64,000 nt of DNA from Octopus sinensis. Lineage: Eukaryota. Position 1 is the first letter of the stretch. Every line of letters starts with the position of its first letter. Positions 1 through 10,473 of this stretch are shown piece after piece. The notes below the pieces were generated by a model, which did no database searches, was not told where the DNA came from, and was given only the letters and a program-made list of their open reading frames with translations. The translations under genes were made by a program, and so were the position numbers. The stretch is from contig NC_043003.1 in assembly GCF_006345805.1 (NCBI RefSeq), forward strand, positions 81,468,001-81,532,000, written 5' to 3'.

Positions 1-201
1 TATGTATATATATTTATATATCTATATGTATACATATGTAGGTATATATATATATATATATATTTATATGTATACATATGTATGTATGTATATCTATACA
101 TATCAATAGATAGATATTTAAATACATATATACATGTGTGATGTGTGTATGTGTATGGAAATGTTTATATATGTATGTCATATATATATACATACACACA
201 C

Positions 202-263
<62 letters not shown>

Positions 264-297
264 ACACACACATATATAATATATATATATATTATAT

Positions 298-384
<87 letters not shown>

Positions 385-410
385 CATGGAGAACGGACGT
401 TAAACGACGA

Positions 411-448
<38 letters not shown>

Positions 449-480
449 ACACACACACACACAAGTGTGTGTGTGTGTGT
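1..480. repeat. (TA)n/(TG)n/(CA)n compound microsatellite
   Basis: Direct; accounts for the IYIY-type ORFs at 14-643. Confidence 0.95.
383..414 (+). mobile_element. 32-bp extreme 3' tail of an RTE-type retroelement inside (TA)n
   Basis: agcatggagaacggacgttaaacga is identical to the tail at about 43556-43580. Confidence 0.8.
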
Positions 481-619
481 AGTATTTGGATTGATAAATA
501 GATTGATCGGTTCGTAATTCTCTGAAAACAGTTCTACATTGTGTTAGAAGTAAAGAAAACAATACAGAAAAAATAATCTTCTGTAAATTTAATGATATTG
601 CCAAAATACAATTAATGAA

Positions 620-820
620 AAAATATCTGGATATAAAACCCAATTAGATTGTCCTAAATCATGTCATTCCTCTTCCACACATTATTGACCTTGCTGACTC
701 TATGTGATTCATTTCTACAATTCTTTCTTATAGAGAATAATTCTCTGCTAACTTGGAGTTTTGGTTTGATGTTATATTTTTCTGATTGCTTAACACACTA
801 TCCTGACTAAGATTAGATGT
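620..820 (+). repeat. Unclassified dispersed repeat (copy 1; copy 2 at about 5005-5230)
   Basis: Both loci share aaaacc(c)aatta(g/a)attgt(c/t)ctaaatcat...ctcttccacacattatt...gtgattcatttct. Confidence 0.65.
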
Positions 821-1157
821 GATAAAATATATACTCGTCTCTTAATAGTGTATGTTTAGTTATCCAGGGCCTATTCTGTATAAGCAAATTATTTGTTCCT
901 ATATAAAAAGCAATTTTAGTTTTTAGATATCTATTCTTGCATTTTTTTTTATAATATCCTTCATTTACTTGCATGCAATAAATAAGTATTAATCCACAGC
1001 TATTGTAAATATAGGAAGCACAGTGCTTGTGAAGAGAAAACAATCGGGTATTAACCATGTGGTCATAAGTTCAATCCTTGCTGAAAGTATTTTGTTGAGA
1101 TTATTAACGTAACACATAATGTATTTTGCCCTGAATGAATGAAAATTATTCTTCATA

Positions 1158-1536
1158 GGTACAGGTGTGGTTGTTTGGTTAGAAGCTTGCTTCCCCACCA
1201 CATGGTTCTGGGTTGAGCCCCACTCCATGGTACATTGGGCAAGTGTCTTCTACTATAGCTTATGGCTAACCAGATCCTTGTGAATGGATCTGGTAGACGG
1301 AAACTGAAAGAAGCCTGTCACATATATTTATAAATGTATATCTGTGTTCCACTACTACTTGATAACTGGTGTTGGTGTGCTTATGTCCCTATGAATTAAC
1401 AGTTCGGTAAAAGCATCAAAGCTTTAACAGAAAACAAGTACTGGAGTCAAATCATGCGACTAAACTTCTTAAAGGTGGTGCCCCAGCATGGCCACACTCT
1501 AACCACTGAACCAGGTAAAATACAAAAGATAAAAGA
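1158..1536 (+). mobile_element. SINE family A (tRNA-derived head, internal microsatellite, CR1-like tail), diverged copy
   Basis: Family motifs ttgggcaagtgtcttctactatagc, ggtagacggaaactgaaagaagcc and gtgccccagcatggcc. Confidence 0.85.
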
Positions 1537-1789
1537 TTTGCTCAGTTGTTGGATAGGTAAGGCAAATTTGTTGGATCACAGTATAATAATCCTTTACACT
1601 GAAGACACCACAAGGCTTGAAATTTTGGAGGAGAAAGCTAGTTTGGTACATCAGCTGTTACCTTATTTTATCAACACTGCATGGATGAAATGCAAAGTGA
1701 ACCTCAACAAAATTTGAACTGAAGCCTCAAAAAGTACCACTAAGCATTTTGTTTGACATGCAAACTATTCTGTCTGCTCAGATCACCAT

Positions 1790-1999
1790 TTAACCCTTTT
1801 ACCATATTCCAGTTAAGATGCTCTGTGTTTCTTTCAATTACTTTAAATATAACAAAGAATTTAGTAAAATAACTTAGTTATCATTCAGCTAGTGTTAGGA
1901 ACATAAATTGTGACTAAGGTTTGGTGGAATATTTTAATTAAGAAGTGATGAAAACAAGACATTTGTACTCAGAGCCAGAGCTGGTAATGAAAGGGTTAA
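1790..1999. mobile_element. piggyBac-type MITE
   Basis: TTAA-CCCTTT at 1790 and AAAGGG-TTAA ending at 1999; no ORF. Confidence 0.75.
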
Positions 2000-2017
2000 T
2001 AATGGCTGATATATATA

Positions 2018-2232
2018 GGATGGGCTAGCAGAATTGTTAGCAAAATAGGACAAAATGTTTAGTGGCATTTCAGCTATCTTTACATTCTGAGTTCAAATTC
2101 CACAGACGTTGACTTTGCCTTTCATCTTTTCGGAGTTGATAAAATAAGTACAAGTTGAGTGCAGGAATCAAGGAATAGACTTACCCATCCCCCGAAATTG
2201 CTGGCCTTGTGCCAAAATTTGAAAACAATAAT
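2018..2232 (+). mobile_element. SINE family B, diverged copy
   Basis: ctgagttcaaattc B-box followed by gactttgcctttcatc...gataaaataagtac core, as in 41450-41680. Confidence 0.8.
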
Positions 2233-2300
2233 AGCTGATATACATGTTGGAGTTAAAATAAAAAAGAGTGTTAACATAAGAGGGGCAGGATAAGTACATG

Positions 2301-2462
2301 TAGGTGCTGGCGTAGCTGTGTGCTAAGAAGCTTGCTTCTCTACCATATGGTTCTGGGTTCATTTCCACTGTGTGGCACCTTGAGCAAGTGTCTTCTACTA
2401 TAGCCCGAGGTCAACCAAATCCTTAACTGGATTTGGTAGATTGAAACTGAAAGAAGCTTATC

Positions 2463-2520
<58 letters not shown>

Positions 2521-2695
2521 CTGTGTGTGTATCTTTGTGTCTGTTTTTGTCCCCCAACCAGTGGTTTGGCAAAAGCAACCGACAGCATAAGTATCAAGCT
2601 TTAAAAAATAAATATTGGGGGTCAATACATTGAACAAAAAATTCTTCAAATTAGTGCTCCAGCATGGGCTCAATCTAGTGGCTGAAATAAGTAAT
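2301..2695 (+). mobile_element. SINE family A
   Basis: Head, core, internal (TA)n(TG)n and tail all present. Confidence 0.9.
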
Positions 2696-3047
2696 AGATA
2701 CTAAGCCAAGTGGCAGTGGTAGGGAGGAAAGGGGGTAAATGACAAAGTAATTATTGGTGGAGTTAAACAAATGAGAAATTTGTTTTATTCAATTTTGTTC
2801 TAAGTTAATAATGTACAAAATTTTATCTTCAGACTGTGGAATAAATTTTATTCATTTAGAAAATTAGAATTCGCTTCATCCTCTTATGTAAGCACCAAGT
2901 AAGCAGATAAAAAGTTAGATACAATTACTCTATGTGTGCTATATTTCCTGATATTGCCCATGGTGACAAACATATTTTCAAAATTACCCATATGACAGGT
3001 AAACACCCTGGTATGTTTTTTTCAAAGTTACCCATCATTTGATACAT

Positions 3048-3240
3048 AAAACTTGCTCTTGCAACCATGTGGTCTTGGGTTCAGTCCTACTGCTTTGCAT
3101 CTTGGGTAAGGCTCTTCTACTCTAGCCCTGGGTCAACCAATGTCTTCTGAATGAATTTGGTAGATGGAAATTGTGTGGAAGCCCATTGTGTATATGTATA
3201 TGTATGTGTGTTTGTGTATGTCTATATATGTATGTGTGTG
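3048..3240 (+). mobile_element. SINE family A-related 5' half
   Basis: gggttcagtcc...ttggtagatggaaattgtgtggaagccc followed by microsatellite. Confidence 0.75.
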
Positions 3241-3547
3241 TTCTTATAGTTGTGTTGGTTCTTTATTTGTAATAAATGTGCGAGTTCCAGACCTATCTAT
3301 TTGAGTTTAATACATCCCATTGTTATGAGACACCCTGTATGTGTGTACTTGTTCATTATTATTAGTGAATAAACCTAAAAGAATTTAGAATGTAGAAAGT
3401 TAAATTTAAATATCATATAACTCTGCACTACATTCTTCCTGCTGTCGATACATATTTACACACACACACATACAAACATGCTTCCACACATGCATTTTAC
3501 ATATATATACATGCATTCATACAGACATACACACATACATACATACC

Positions 3548-3775
3548 TATTTCTTTACTACCCACAAGGGGCTAAACACAGAGAGGACAAACAAGGACAG
3601 ACAAACAAAGTTGATTACATCGACCCCAGTGCATAACTGGTACTTAATTTATCGACCCCGAAAGGATGAAAGGCAAAGTCGACCTTGGTGGAATTTGAAA
3701 CTCAGAGCATAACGGCAGACGAAATACGGCTATGCATTTCGCCCGGTGTGCTAACGTTTCTGCTAGCTCTCCACC
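3548..3775 (-). mobile_element. SINE family B, full length
   Basis: Near-identical to 41001-41231 and to the reverse complement of 41450-41680. Confidence 0.92.
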
Positions 3776-3849
3776 TACATACATACCTATATTATCAACC
3801 ATATGCGCTTAGCACATAGGCTGCTATTGGCATCATGGAGAATACTCAC

Positions 3850-3861
3850 TCAAAATGCCAT
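3850..3861 (-). CDS. Candidate 12-nt micro-exon (phase 1-1: x-G-I-L-x)
   Basis: Minus strand ggtgttttttcag|ATGGCATTTTGA|gtgagt. Phase 0 ends in a stop; phase 2 is also open. Confidence 0.4.
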   Translation of the reverse strand: MAF

Positions 3862-4198
3862 CTGAAAAAACACCTTAGAGTCACGGACAGGTGAGATCAA
3901 TATTTCGACATTTTTGCGGCTTGTCAGCATCATATACCGAACAAGATCAGAGCTGAATCGCTTCACCAATCTACAACTTTTATGCACATGGCATGCAAAT
4001 GATGTGAGGGTATGCCCAGGCAATGTATACATAAGAATAAATTCAGATATGAAATAAAAGCAACAGTGTGTTTATTACACTACCGCTAATATAGATACAT
4101 ATAAATTAAGCTTAATTAATCTCAGTCAAATAAAATGATGTTTATTTGTAAAAGGTGCAACTGTTTTGTACAAGAGATCAAAAATGTTATTTACATAC

Positions 4199-4222
4199 AC
4201 ATTTAATAATTTTGACAAGGTA
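4199..4222 (-). CDS. Candidate 24-nt exon (stop in phase 1; open in phases 0 and 2)
   Basis: tattgtttttcttcttaacag|TACCTTGTCAAAATTATTAAATGT|gtatgt. Confidence 0.3.
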
Positions 4223-4466
4223 CTGTTAAGAAGAAAAACAATATCGTGAAGATTGTATCAAGACGCTAAGTGTGTCTAGGAAAAGTCAGAGTGATAGAAC
4301 CCATCTTGGAAGAGTTGTCATTGATGTTGTTGTTGTTGACGCTGTTAATTAACCCAAGGTTAACCATGATTGAGCAGACTTTGATCTGAGACTCTGTAGC
4401 TGTCACCGCTCTGTCTTCTTTTCATTAATAGGTTATCTGATGTTTCATTATTCAATGCATCATGAA

Positions 4467-4690
4467 AGGTGGTGAGCAGGCAGAATGATTAGCATACTAG
4501 AGTAAATGTTTAGTGGCATTTCTTCTAGCTTAATATTATAACTTCCAACTTTGCTGAGACTGATTTCACCCCTCATCCTTATATGGTCTGCAAAATTAGT
4601 AACAGTTAAGCATTGTGGGATGATGTAATTTGCTTTTCCTCTCCCTCTAAATTTACTGGTCTTGAATCAGAAATGAAAGAAAAACACCCA
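4467..4690 (+). mobile_element. SINE family B, old copy
   Basis: ggtggtgagcaggcagaat head and degraded core. Confidence 0.65.
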
Positions 4691-5430
4691 TTATCCAATG
4701 CATCACTCCTATGTAGGATATGAGTGCAATTTGGCTGCTATTGCTAGCAAAGGGAGCCACAACCTAAATATTTCACTGGCTTGTGTCAGGAAAGAAGATT
4801 TTGCACTGCAAGTTGACAAGCCAATTAACTGACCACTCACTGCTATGCCACTGTATCTATTTAAAGCAGAAGTAACCGGGCCATTTCAGGGCTAAATATT
4901 TTAGCCACAAACAAAATGCAGCTGGTTACCCACTACCATATTGATTGAGCTTGGTCTCCACACTGTCTCTAACAGTATGCATCTGTCCCTTGCTAGCAAT
5001 TAATGGGAAAACTATCTAGTTGTAAAAACCAATTAAATTGTTCTAAATCATCCTATCTCTCTTCCACACATTATTTGATTGTGAAAGGTGATTCATTTCT
5101 CCTATAAAAAAATTGTTCTGTTTCTTTGCAGTAATTGATAATTGATTGAGTCACAGACTCTACTTAATTGCTTTGACTTCCTCTAATGTGTCTTAGGTAA
5201 GGGTCCTCCATTACTATGCTACACTAATACCCACATGTGGATGTCAACTCAGTACTGACAGCTAAACACTCCAACATTATTTAGTATTGTTGTTGCTAGA
5301 TGAAGTATGAGTTGGGTTGTGCATATATCTATAACAATTGTCGTCATCATCATTGTCATCATCACCATCATCATCATCATCAACAGCAGCCAATAGAGAT
5401 GGTCTGAGAAGAAAATTGAGCAAATGATTC

Positions 5431-5479
<49 letters not shown>

Positions 5480-5487
5480 CATACATA

Positions 5488-6743
5488 CAGGGGTTGGACA
5501 AAATAATGGATACACCTAGCATCATATCATCATAATTTTGAACTATTTTTAATATTTATAAAACCATCAAAAGCTTGTTTATTTTTGATTTATTATTTGT
5601 GTTGCTTAATGTTTTGCTAAAATTACTGTTTCTTTTCAAATATCATCAGAAAAAATTAATTATGATTCATTAAAATGACAGATCTATCGGACTTTCAAAG
5701 AGGTCAAATTGTTGGTGCATGTATGACAGGTGCTAGTGTAATGAAAACAGCCAAAATATTTAGTGTATCAAGAAGTGCTGTCTCAAAAGAAATGACAGAC
5801 TTTGGGAAAGGGGGGAATAACCTCCTCATTAAAACAAAACTCCAGAAGACAAACAAAACTTTCAGACAGGACCGTCGGACTCTTATGCAAATTGTTAGAA
5901 AGGATCACAAGTGTACAGCTCCCAAAATTACTGCAGAGCTTAACGACCGTCTCGAGAACCCAGTTTCCACAAAAACTGTTTGCCAGGAGCTGCACAAAGC
6001 TGGATTTCAAAGAAGGCTGCAATCAGAAAACCACTAGTTTCAAAAATAAACGTTGCAAAGCATGTAGAGTGGAGTAAAAACCAACAGAATTGGTTCCTAG
6101 AGCAGTGGAAGAATGTTATTTTCTTGGCTGAGTCATCCTTTGCCTTATTTACAATGACTGGCTGAGTATACATGTGGAGACAGCCTAAAGAAGCATTTGA
6201 CCCATACTGCCTAACTGTTAAACATGGAGGAGGATCTGTAATGATCGGGGGTGGGGCTATGTCTTGGAAATCTGCCGCCCCAATGGTTTCCCTTCATGGC
6301 AGAATTAATAGTTAAGACTATTTAAGCATTTTATCTAATCAAATTCATCCTATGGTTGCGGAACAGTTTACGGAGAGAAACACAATTTTTCAGGATGATA
6401 ATGCACCAATTCAAACAGCTAAAGTTGTTACTGAAATGGCACAAGGAACATTCTAGCGAAGTTGAACATCTTATCTGGCTACCACCACAGCCCCCTGATC
6501 TTAATATTATTGAACTTTTAGAAAAACAAGTAGGAGTCAATATCCTCCACCATCATTACTACAGGAACTGGAGGCTTTTTTATCTGAAGAATGGACAAAA
6601 ATTCCTTTGGAAACAATTCAAACCATACAAGTTCATACCTCATAGAATTCAAGCTGTAATTACTACCAAAGACAGTCCTACCCCATATTAAAATAATTTT
6701 TTTGGAAATTTGAAGGTGTTTCCATTATTTTGTCCAACCCCTG
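5488..6743 (+). mobile_element. Full-length decayed Tc1-family DNA transposon (DD34E-type transposase pseudogene)
   Basis: 30-bp TIRs CAGGGGTTGGACAAAATAATGGA(T/A)ACACCT with one mismatch; TA/CA flanks. Frameshifted ORF from 5675: MTDLSDFQRGQIVGA...IFLAESSF...TVKHGGGSVM...FQDDNAP...PDLNIIE. Confidence 0.95.
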
Positions 6744-6751
6744 CATATATA

Positions 6752-6797
<46 letters not shown>

Positions 6798-6895
6798 GAA
6801 AATAGACAACCAAGCCAAGATACAACCAGTATCTCAGGTCATTTAGAATATTTAGAGTAAGGTGAGTTAAAAAATGGAGAAGTAGAAGTAATTAT

Positions 6896-6973
6896 TGTCG
6901 TACAGCTGTTTCTGGGATATCCCAGGTGATGGGTCAACATCTCCATATACTGGGTATTCCATCATCAGAAACA
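6896..6973 (-). ncRNA. Type I hammerhead ribozyme motif (core intact, stem I weakened)
   Basis: Minus: tgttt-CTGATGA-long hairpin-GAAAC-AGCT-GTA-cgaca. Confidence 0.65.
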
Positions 6974-7044
6974 AGGTGTGAATGTAGGAAAGTTCCAGAC
7001 AGAGAATTCACAGTGTATAAAAGAGAATTCCTGCACACTCACCT

Positions 7045-7122
7045 TGTCTCTGATGACGGAATACCCAGTGTATGGGGATGCTGACCCATCACCTGGGATA
7101 TCCCAGAAACAGCTATAAGACA
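7045..7122 (+). ncRNA. Type I hammerhead ribozyme motif (GUA changed to AUA)
   Basis: tgtct-CTGATGA-long stem II-GAAAC-AGCT-ATA-agaca; stem I is a perfect 5 bp. Confidence 0.65.
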
Positions 7123-7419
7123 TTAATTACTTCTACTTCTCCTTTTTTGTTTCACCTTACTCTAATTAGATATTCTAAATGATTTAAGATACTCCATCCT
7201 GCCTTGGTTTTGTTGTCTATTTTTCTTTAATGTATGCCTAATTACTTGGAACCCTACTACAGACCCCTAGCTCCACTCTTAGCTGTGAATGTGGAATGTA
7301 ACTGATGATCAATTCTAGAACTTATGCAATGTACCTTTTTCCTTTAGATCATCAGGGAACTAAACCCTTCATATTACACACACACATATAGAGACATGCA
7401 CATACACATGCACACGCAC

Positions 7420-7476
<57 letters not shown>

Positions 7477-7479
7477 CGA

Positions 7480-7775
7480 ATGCACACAGTGCTTCCAGAC
7501 TTAGTTTCACTGATTTGGGTTGGTTTTCTTCCGAACCACATAGCAACAGACATCTCAATACTTTGTCGTCTCCATGAAGTTCTAAGTCCTAAGATCAGCC
7601 ATCATTCCTTCATTTCATGTTTTCCTTGCTTTCCGTCTTTCACAAACTCCAGCCACTTTAAAGGATCAGAGCTACTTTATACAGTTGTCTTCCAATAAGC
7701 ATCATATGTCCATAACACCACAATTTTCTTTCTTGCACACTACATATGAATCCTCTTATGTCCAGTTTTTCTTTC
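7480..7775 (-). mobile_element. RTE-clade LINE ORF2 C-terminal fragment, decayed
   Basis: The reverse complement agaaaaactggacataagagg...gtgtgcaagaaag resembles the RTE segment at about 15640-15690. Confidence 0.6.
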
Positions 7776-7913
7776 AGCACATTTATATTATATCATTGAA
7801 TTAGATGAATAATTCATGAGTTAGTGAGTGGGTTCATTACTTTGTAATGGTGATGTATGCTCTTTGTGTGTGCGTTATGAATTGTCCATTTTCAAAACAA
7901 AATTCTATACAAT

Positions 7914-8185
7914 ATTTACAATTGATGGATATTTGTTCTCATCTTGTTTGTTGTTAACATGTTTCGGCTGATATACTCTCCAGCCATCATCAGGTGTCAT
8001 GGAGAAATTTTCTAAACTGGGTTCTCATTTCTAAGGTATTTTTCGATGTTGTTATCATTATTCAGGTCACTGCCTGGAATCAAACTCGGAATCTTGGGGT
8101 TAGTAGCCTGCACTCTTAACCACTATGCCATATCTGTCACTTGTAAATAATGTACATAATTCTTCATCTCTTAAATATAGAACTG
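7914..8185 (-). mobile_element. tRNA-headed SINE-like element (family E) carrying an HHR, with an inverted copy of its tail upstream of the head
   Basis: A box TGGCATAGTGG (8120-8130), B box GAGTTTGATTCC (8076-8087), HHR at 7953-7999; the terminal segment matches 44165-44205. Confidence 0.8.
7953..7999 (-). ncRNA. Minimal type I hammerhead motif inside the SINE
   Basis: acac-CTGATGA-t-ggctg-gagagtatat-cagcc-GAAAC-atgtt; stem II is perfect; the stem III region is altered by a small deletion. Confidence 0.6.
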
Positions 8186-8209
8186 CAAAATTCTATAATT
8201 TTAGCTTAC

Positions 8210-8263
8210 TGTGCCTTGGTATATTTCTCCATAACAAATTTCCTATGGTCCATGTTTTAATAT
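8210..8263 (-). CDS. Candidate 54-nt exon, phase 1-1: x-IKTWTIGNLLWRNIPRH-x
   Basis: ttatattttctcttttgtttcag|...CACA|gtaagc; only phase 1 is open. Confidence 0.55.
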
Positions 8264-8348
8264 CTGAAACAAAAGAGAAAATATAACTGTTAGCAAAATC
8301 GTTTTGAATTTCTTCAATAGTTATGCAACTTCTGGGCCATCTTGTTTG

Positions 8349-8391
<43 letters not shown>

Positions 8392-8918
8392 ATAACTTAC
8401 AACACAGAAAGCTAAAACTAATTACTCTGCAATGTTTAGTCTTATATTTCACAATTTCTAATATTCCTCTACTTCTATATGCCCATGCACACATACATAT
8501 CTATGAATCTTTCTCCCTAAATACACCTCTCTTCTTCCATTTCTCTCTCACTCACTTTCTCTCTATCATATATATGGACGTATATGTGTATATATGTGTC
8601 TGTATATACATACATATATATGTGTATGCATACGTATAAATATCCACATATACAATGACAAACACACATAGACTTTAGATACATCTGGCTTATAAGATTT
8701 TGAGGAGTTTTCCCAATAGTCTAATGACATTTATATCCTGGTCTGTAATTGAAAAGTGAGACAACCAATATCTTTATATTCCTAACAATGACAGTGATAT
8801 CCATTCATTTCCCTGAGTAGTTTACTAATTTAATATTATTGATTTCTTTCGTAGGAACAAGGTGAAACACCTGTAAGAGAGAGAGAGAGTATAGCTGATT
8901 GAATGAAAATCTATATAC

Positions 8919-8978
8919 TCTTGGTCCTTATTTGACTGATCTGAAACTGATAAACCTCAAGGTTGTCCTTCACAGAAA
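8919..8978 (-). CDS. Candidate 60-nt exon, phase 1-1: x-SVKDNLEVYQFQISQIRTK-x
   Basis: tttcatttctctgtgttccgttttcag|...AAGA|gtatat; only phase 1 is open; donor is moderate. Confidence 0.45.
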
Positions 8979-9368
8979 CTGAAAACGGAACACAGAGAAA
9001 TGAAATTAATATAATATAAATAATTTAGTCCAGTATTCTGTTACTTTAGCTGGTCTCAGTTCTTTTATTAATTTCATACAACTGATACAATTATGTTGTA
9101 AGTATATACAATCAAATGTTAAGTTGAATATAAAGATTGCTTTTATCATATTTAATCGCAAGTTATTTTATTCAATCAAAAGTATCAATAGTTGTCGTTG
9201 CTGTAATGATAATCGAAGTGGTATTGACAAAGGACATTGGGGTTAGTTAGAAAATTGTAAAGGGTTACAGAAACTGTGAAAATGCACACTATAAAGTCAT
9301 GTGCACTAGTTCAGCATCATTTCTTTATAGTTAGTCAATTGGCATGACTGCCTTTTGGTTCCAAATGG

Positions 9369-9472
9369 AAACAGACAAAATGGAAAAGGCACTGACCTGA
9401 TAGATGGTAAGGGAGATGTACTGGAGCAACTATTGAGACTCATGGGGCTTGCATTTGCAGATAGCCATCTCC
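9369..9472 (+). repeat. LINE-like fragment; inverted relative at 12965-13075
   Basis: Both share aacagacaaaatggaaaaggca...gggagatgt.ctgga...gatagccatc. Confidence 0.7.
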
Positions 9473-9907
9473 AAAAATAATTAGTGAGCCTCAATCTGAC
9501 CGCTCAACAAATTAGAAATAACAGCAGCGAAATTTTCCCTCACTTATACTCGCTCAGATAAAGACACAAACAACACATAGGATAGAACTAGATAGAACAG
9601 ATATGACCTTAATTACTTTTGGTCATATGTTTGTTCGCTTGGGCAAGGTTAAAGTATTATAAAGTACTTCTTGTTTAGATTGTATCTGTGTTTATGTTGA
9701 AACTGCATAACTGTCAAAGACTTATGGTTGAGCTTGAGGCAATGAAGACCTCAGGAATTCTCAGCTTCAAAACCATATCCTTGCCCACTCCTGTTGGCTA
9801 ACTGCAGGGTTGAGCATTGTGAGTCACAGCGGCTGCTCTGGTGCATCAACCTTGACATTCTCTGGGACAACACTTTTGCCATTTTGTATGCTGAAATATA
9901 TATCTGT

Positions 9908-10299
9908 ATAGGTGCAGGTGTGGCTGTGTGGCAAGAAGTTTGCTTCCCAACCACATGGTTCCGGGTTCAGTCCCAGTGTGTGACACTTTGGGCAAATTTC
10001 TACTACTATAGCCTTGGGCCGACCAAAGCCATGTGAGAGGATTTGGTAGACAGAAACTGAAAGAAGCATGTTGTATATACATATGTGTGTGTGTGTGTAT
10101 TTGTGTGTCTGTGTCTGCCCCCCCCCCCACCATTGCTTAACGACTGATGTTGGTATCTGTACCTGTAACTTAGTGCTTCAGCAAAAGAGACCAATAGAAT
10201 AAGTACTAGGCATACAAAGAATAAGTCCTGGGGCCGATTTGTTCAACTAAAGGCAGTGCTCAAGCATGGCCACAGTCAAATGACTGAAACAAGTAAAAA
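9908..10299 (+). mobile_element. SINE family A, full length
   Basis: All family segments present. Confidence 0.92.
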
Positions 10300-10354
10300 T
10301 ATTTAAAATGTATACATATTTATCTATGAATCTATCCCCACACATACATATATA

Positions 10355-10410
<56 letters not shown>

Positions 10411-10473
10411 TCACATAGAGACACATTCTTGTATGCCCACTCATATATATATATATATATATACTTTATTTAA

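Larger units (their letters stand above)
6799..7223. mobile_element. Foldback element (about 190-bp inverted arms) with one HHR motif per arm; probable Penelope-like-element (PLE) derivative
   Basis: Arm at about 6799-6990 is the reverse complement of about 7030-7223. Confidence 0.85.

Noticed and set aside
481-521. Minus acceptor (ctgttttcag) followed by [14 protein letters not shown] in phase 1
   Set aside because: No credible donor; the frame runs into microsatellite.
14-643. Long ORFs rich in IY, HT, CV or LSIY (also near 11.2, 16.2, 17.9, 25.0, 26.3, 35.4 and 62.1 kb)
   Set aside because: They are translations of microsatellites, which lack stop codons.
3790-4032. Minus ORF with ILHDA, reminiscent of mariner LHDNA
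   Set aside because: No other transposase motifs or TIRs.
8855-8872. Plus-strand 18-nt micro-exon (EQGETP) with a TACTAAT branch point
   Set aside because: Its donor ct|gtaagagag is the mirror of a strong minus-strand acceptor, and no plus-strand chain supports it. Not fully excluded.
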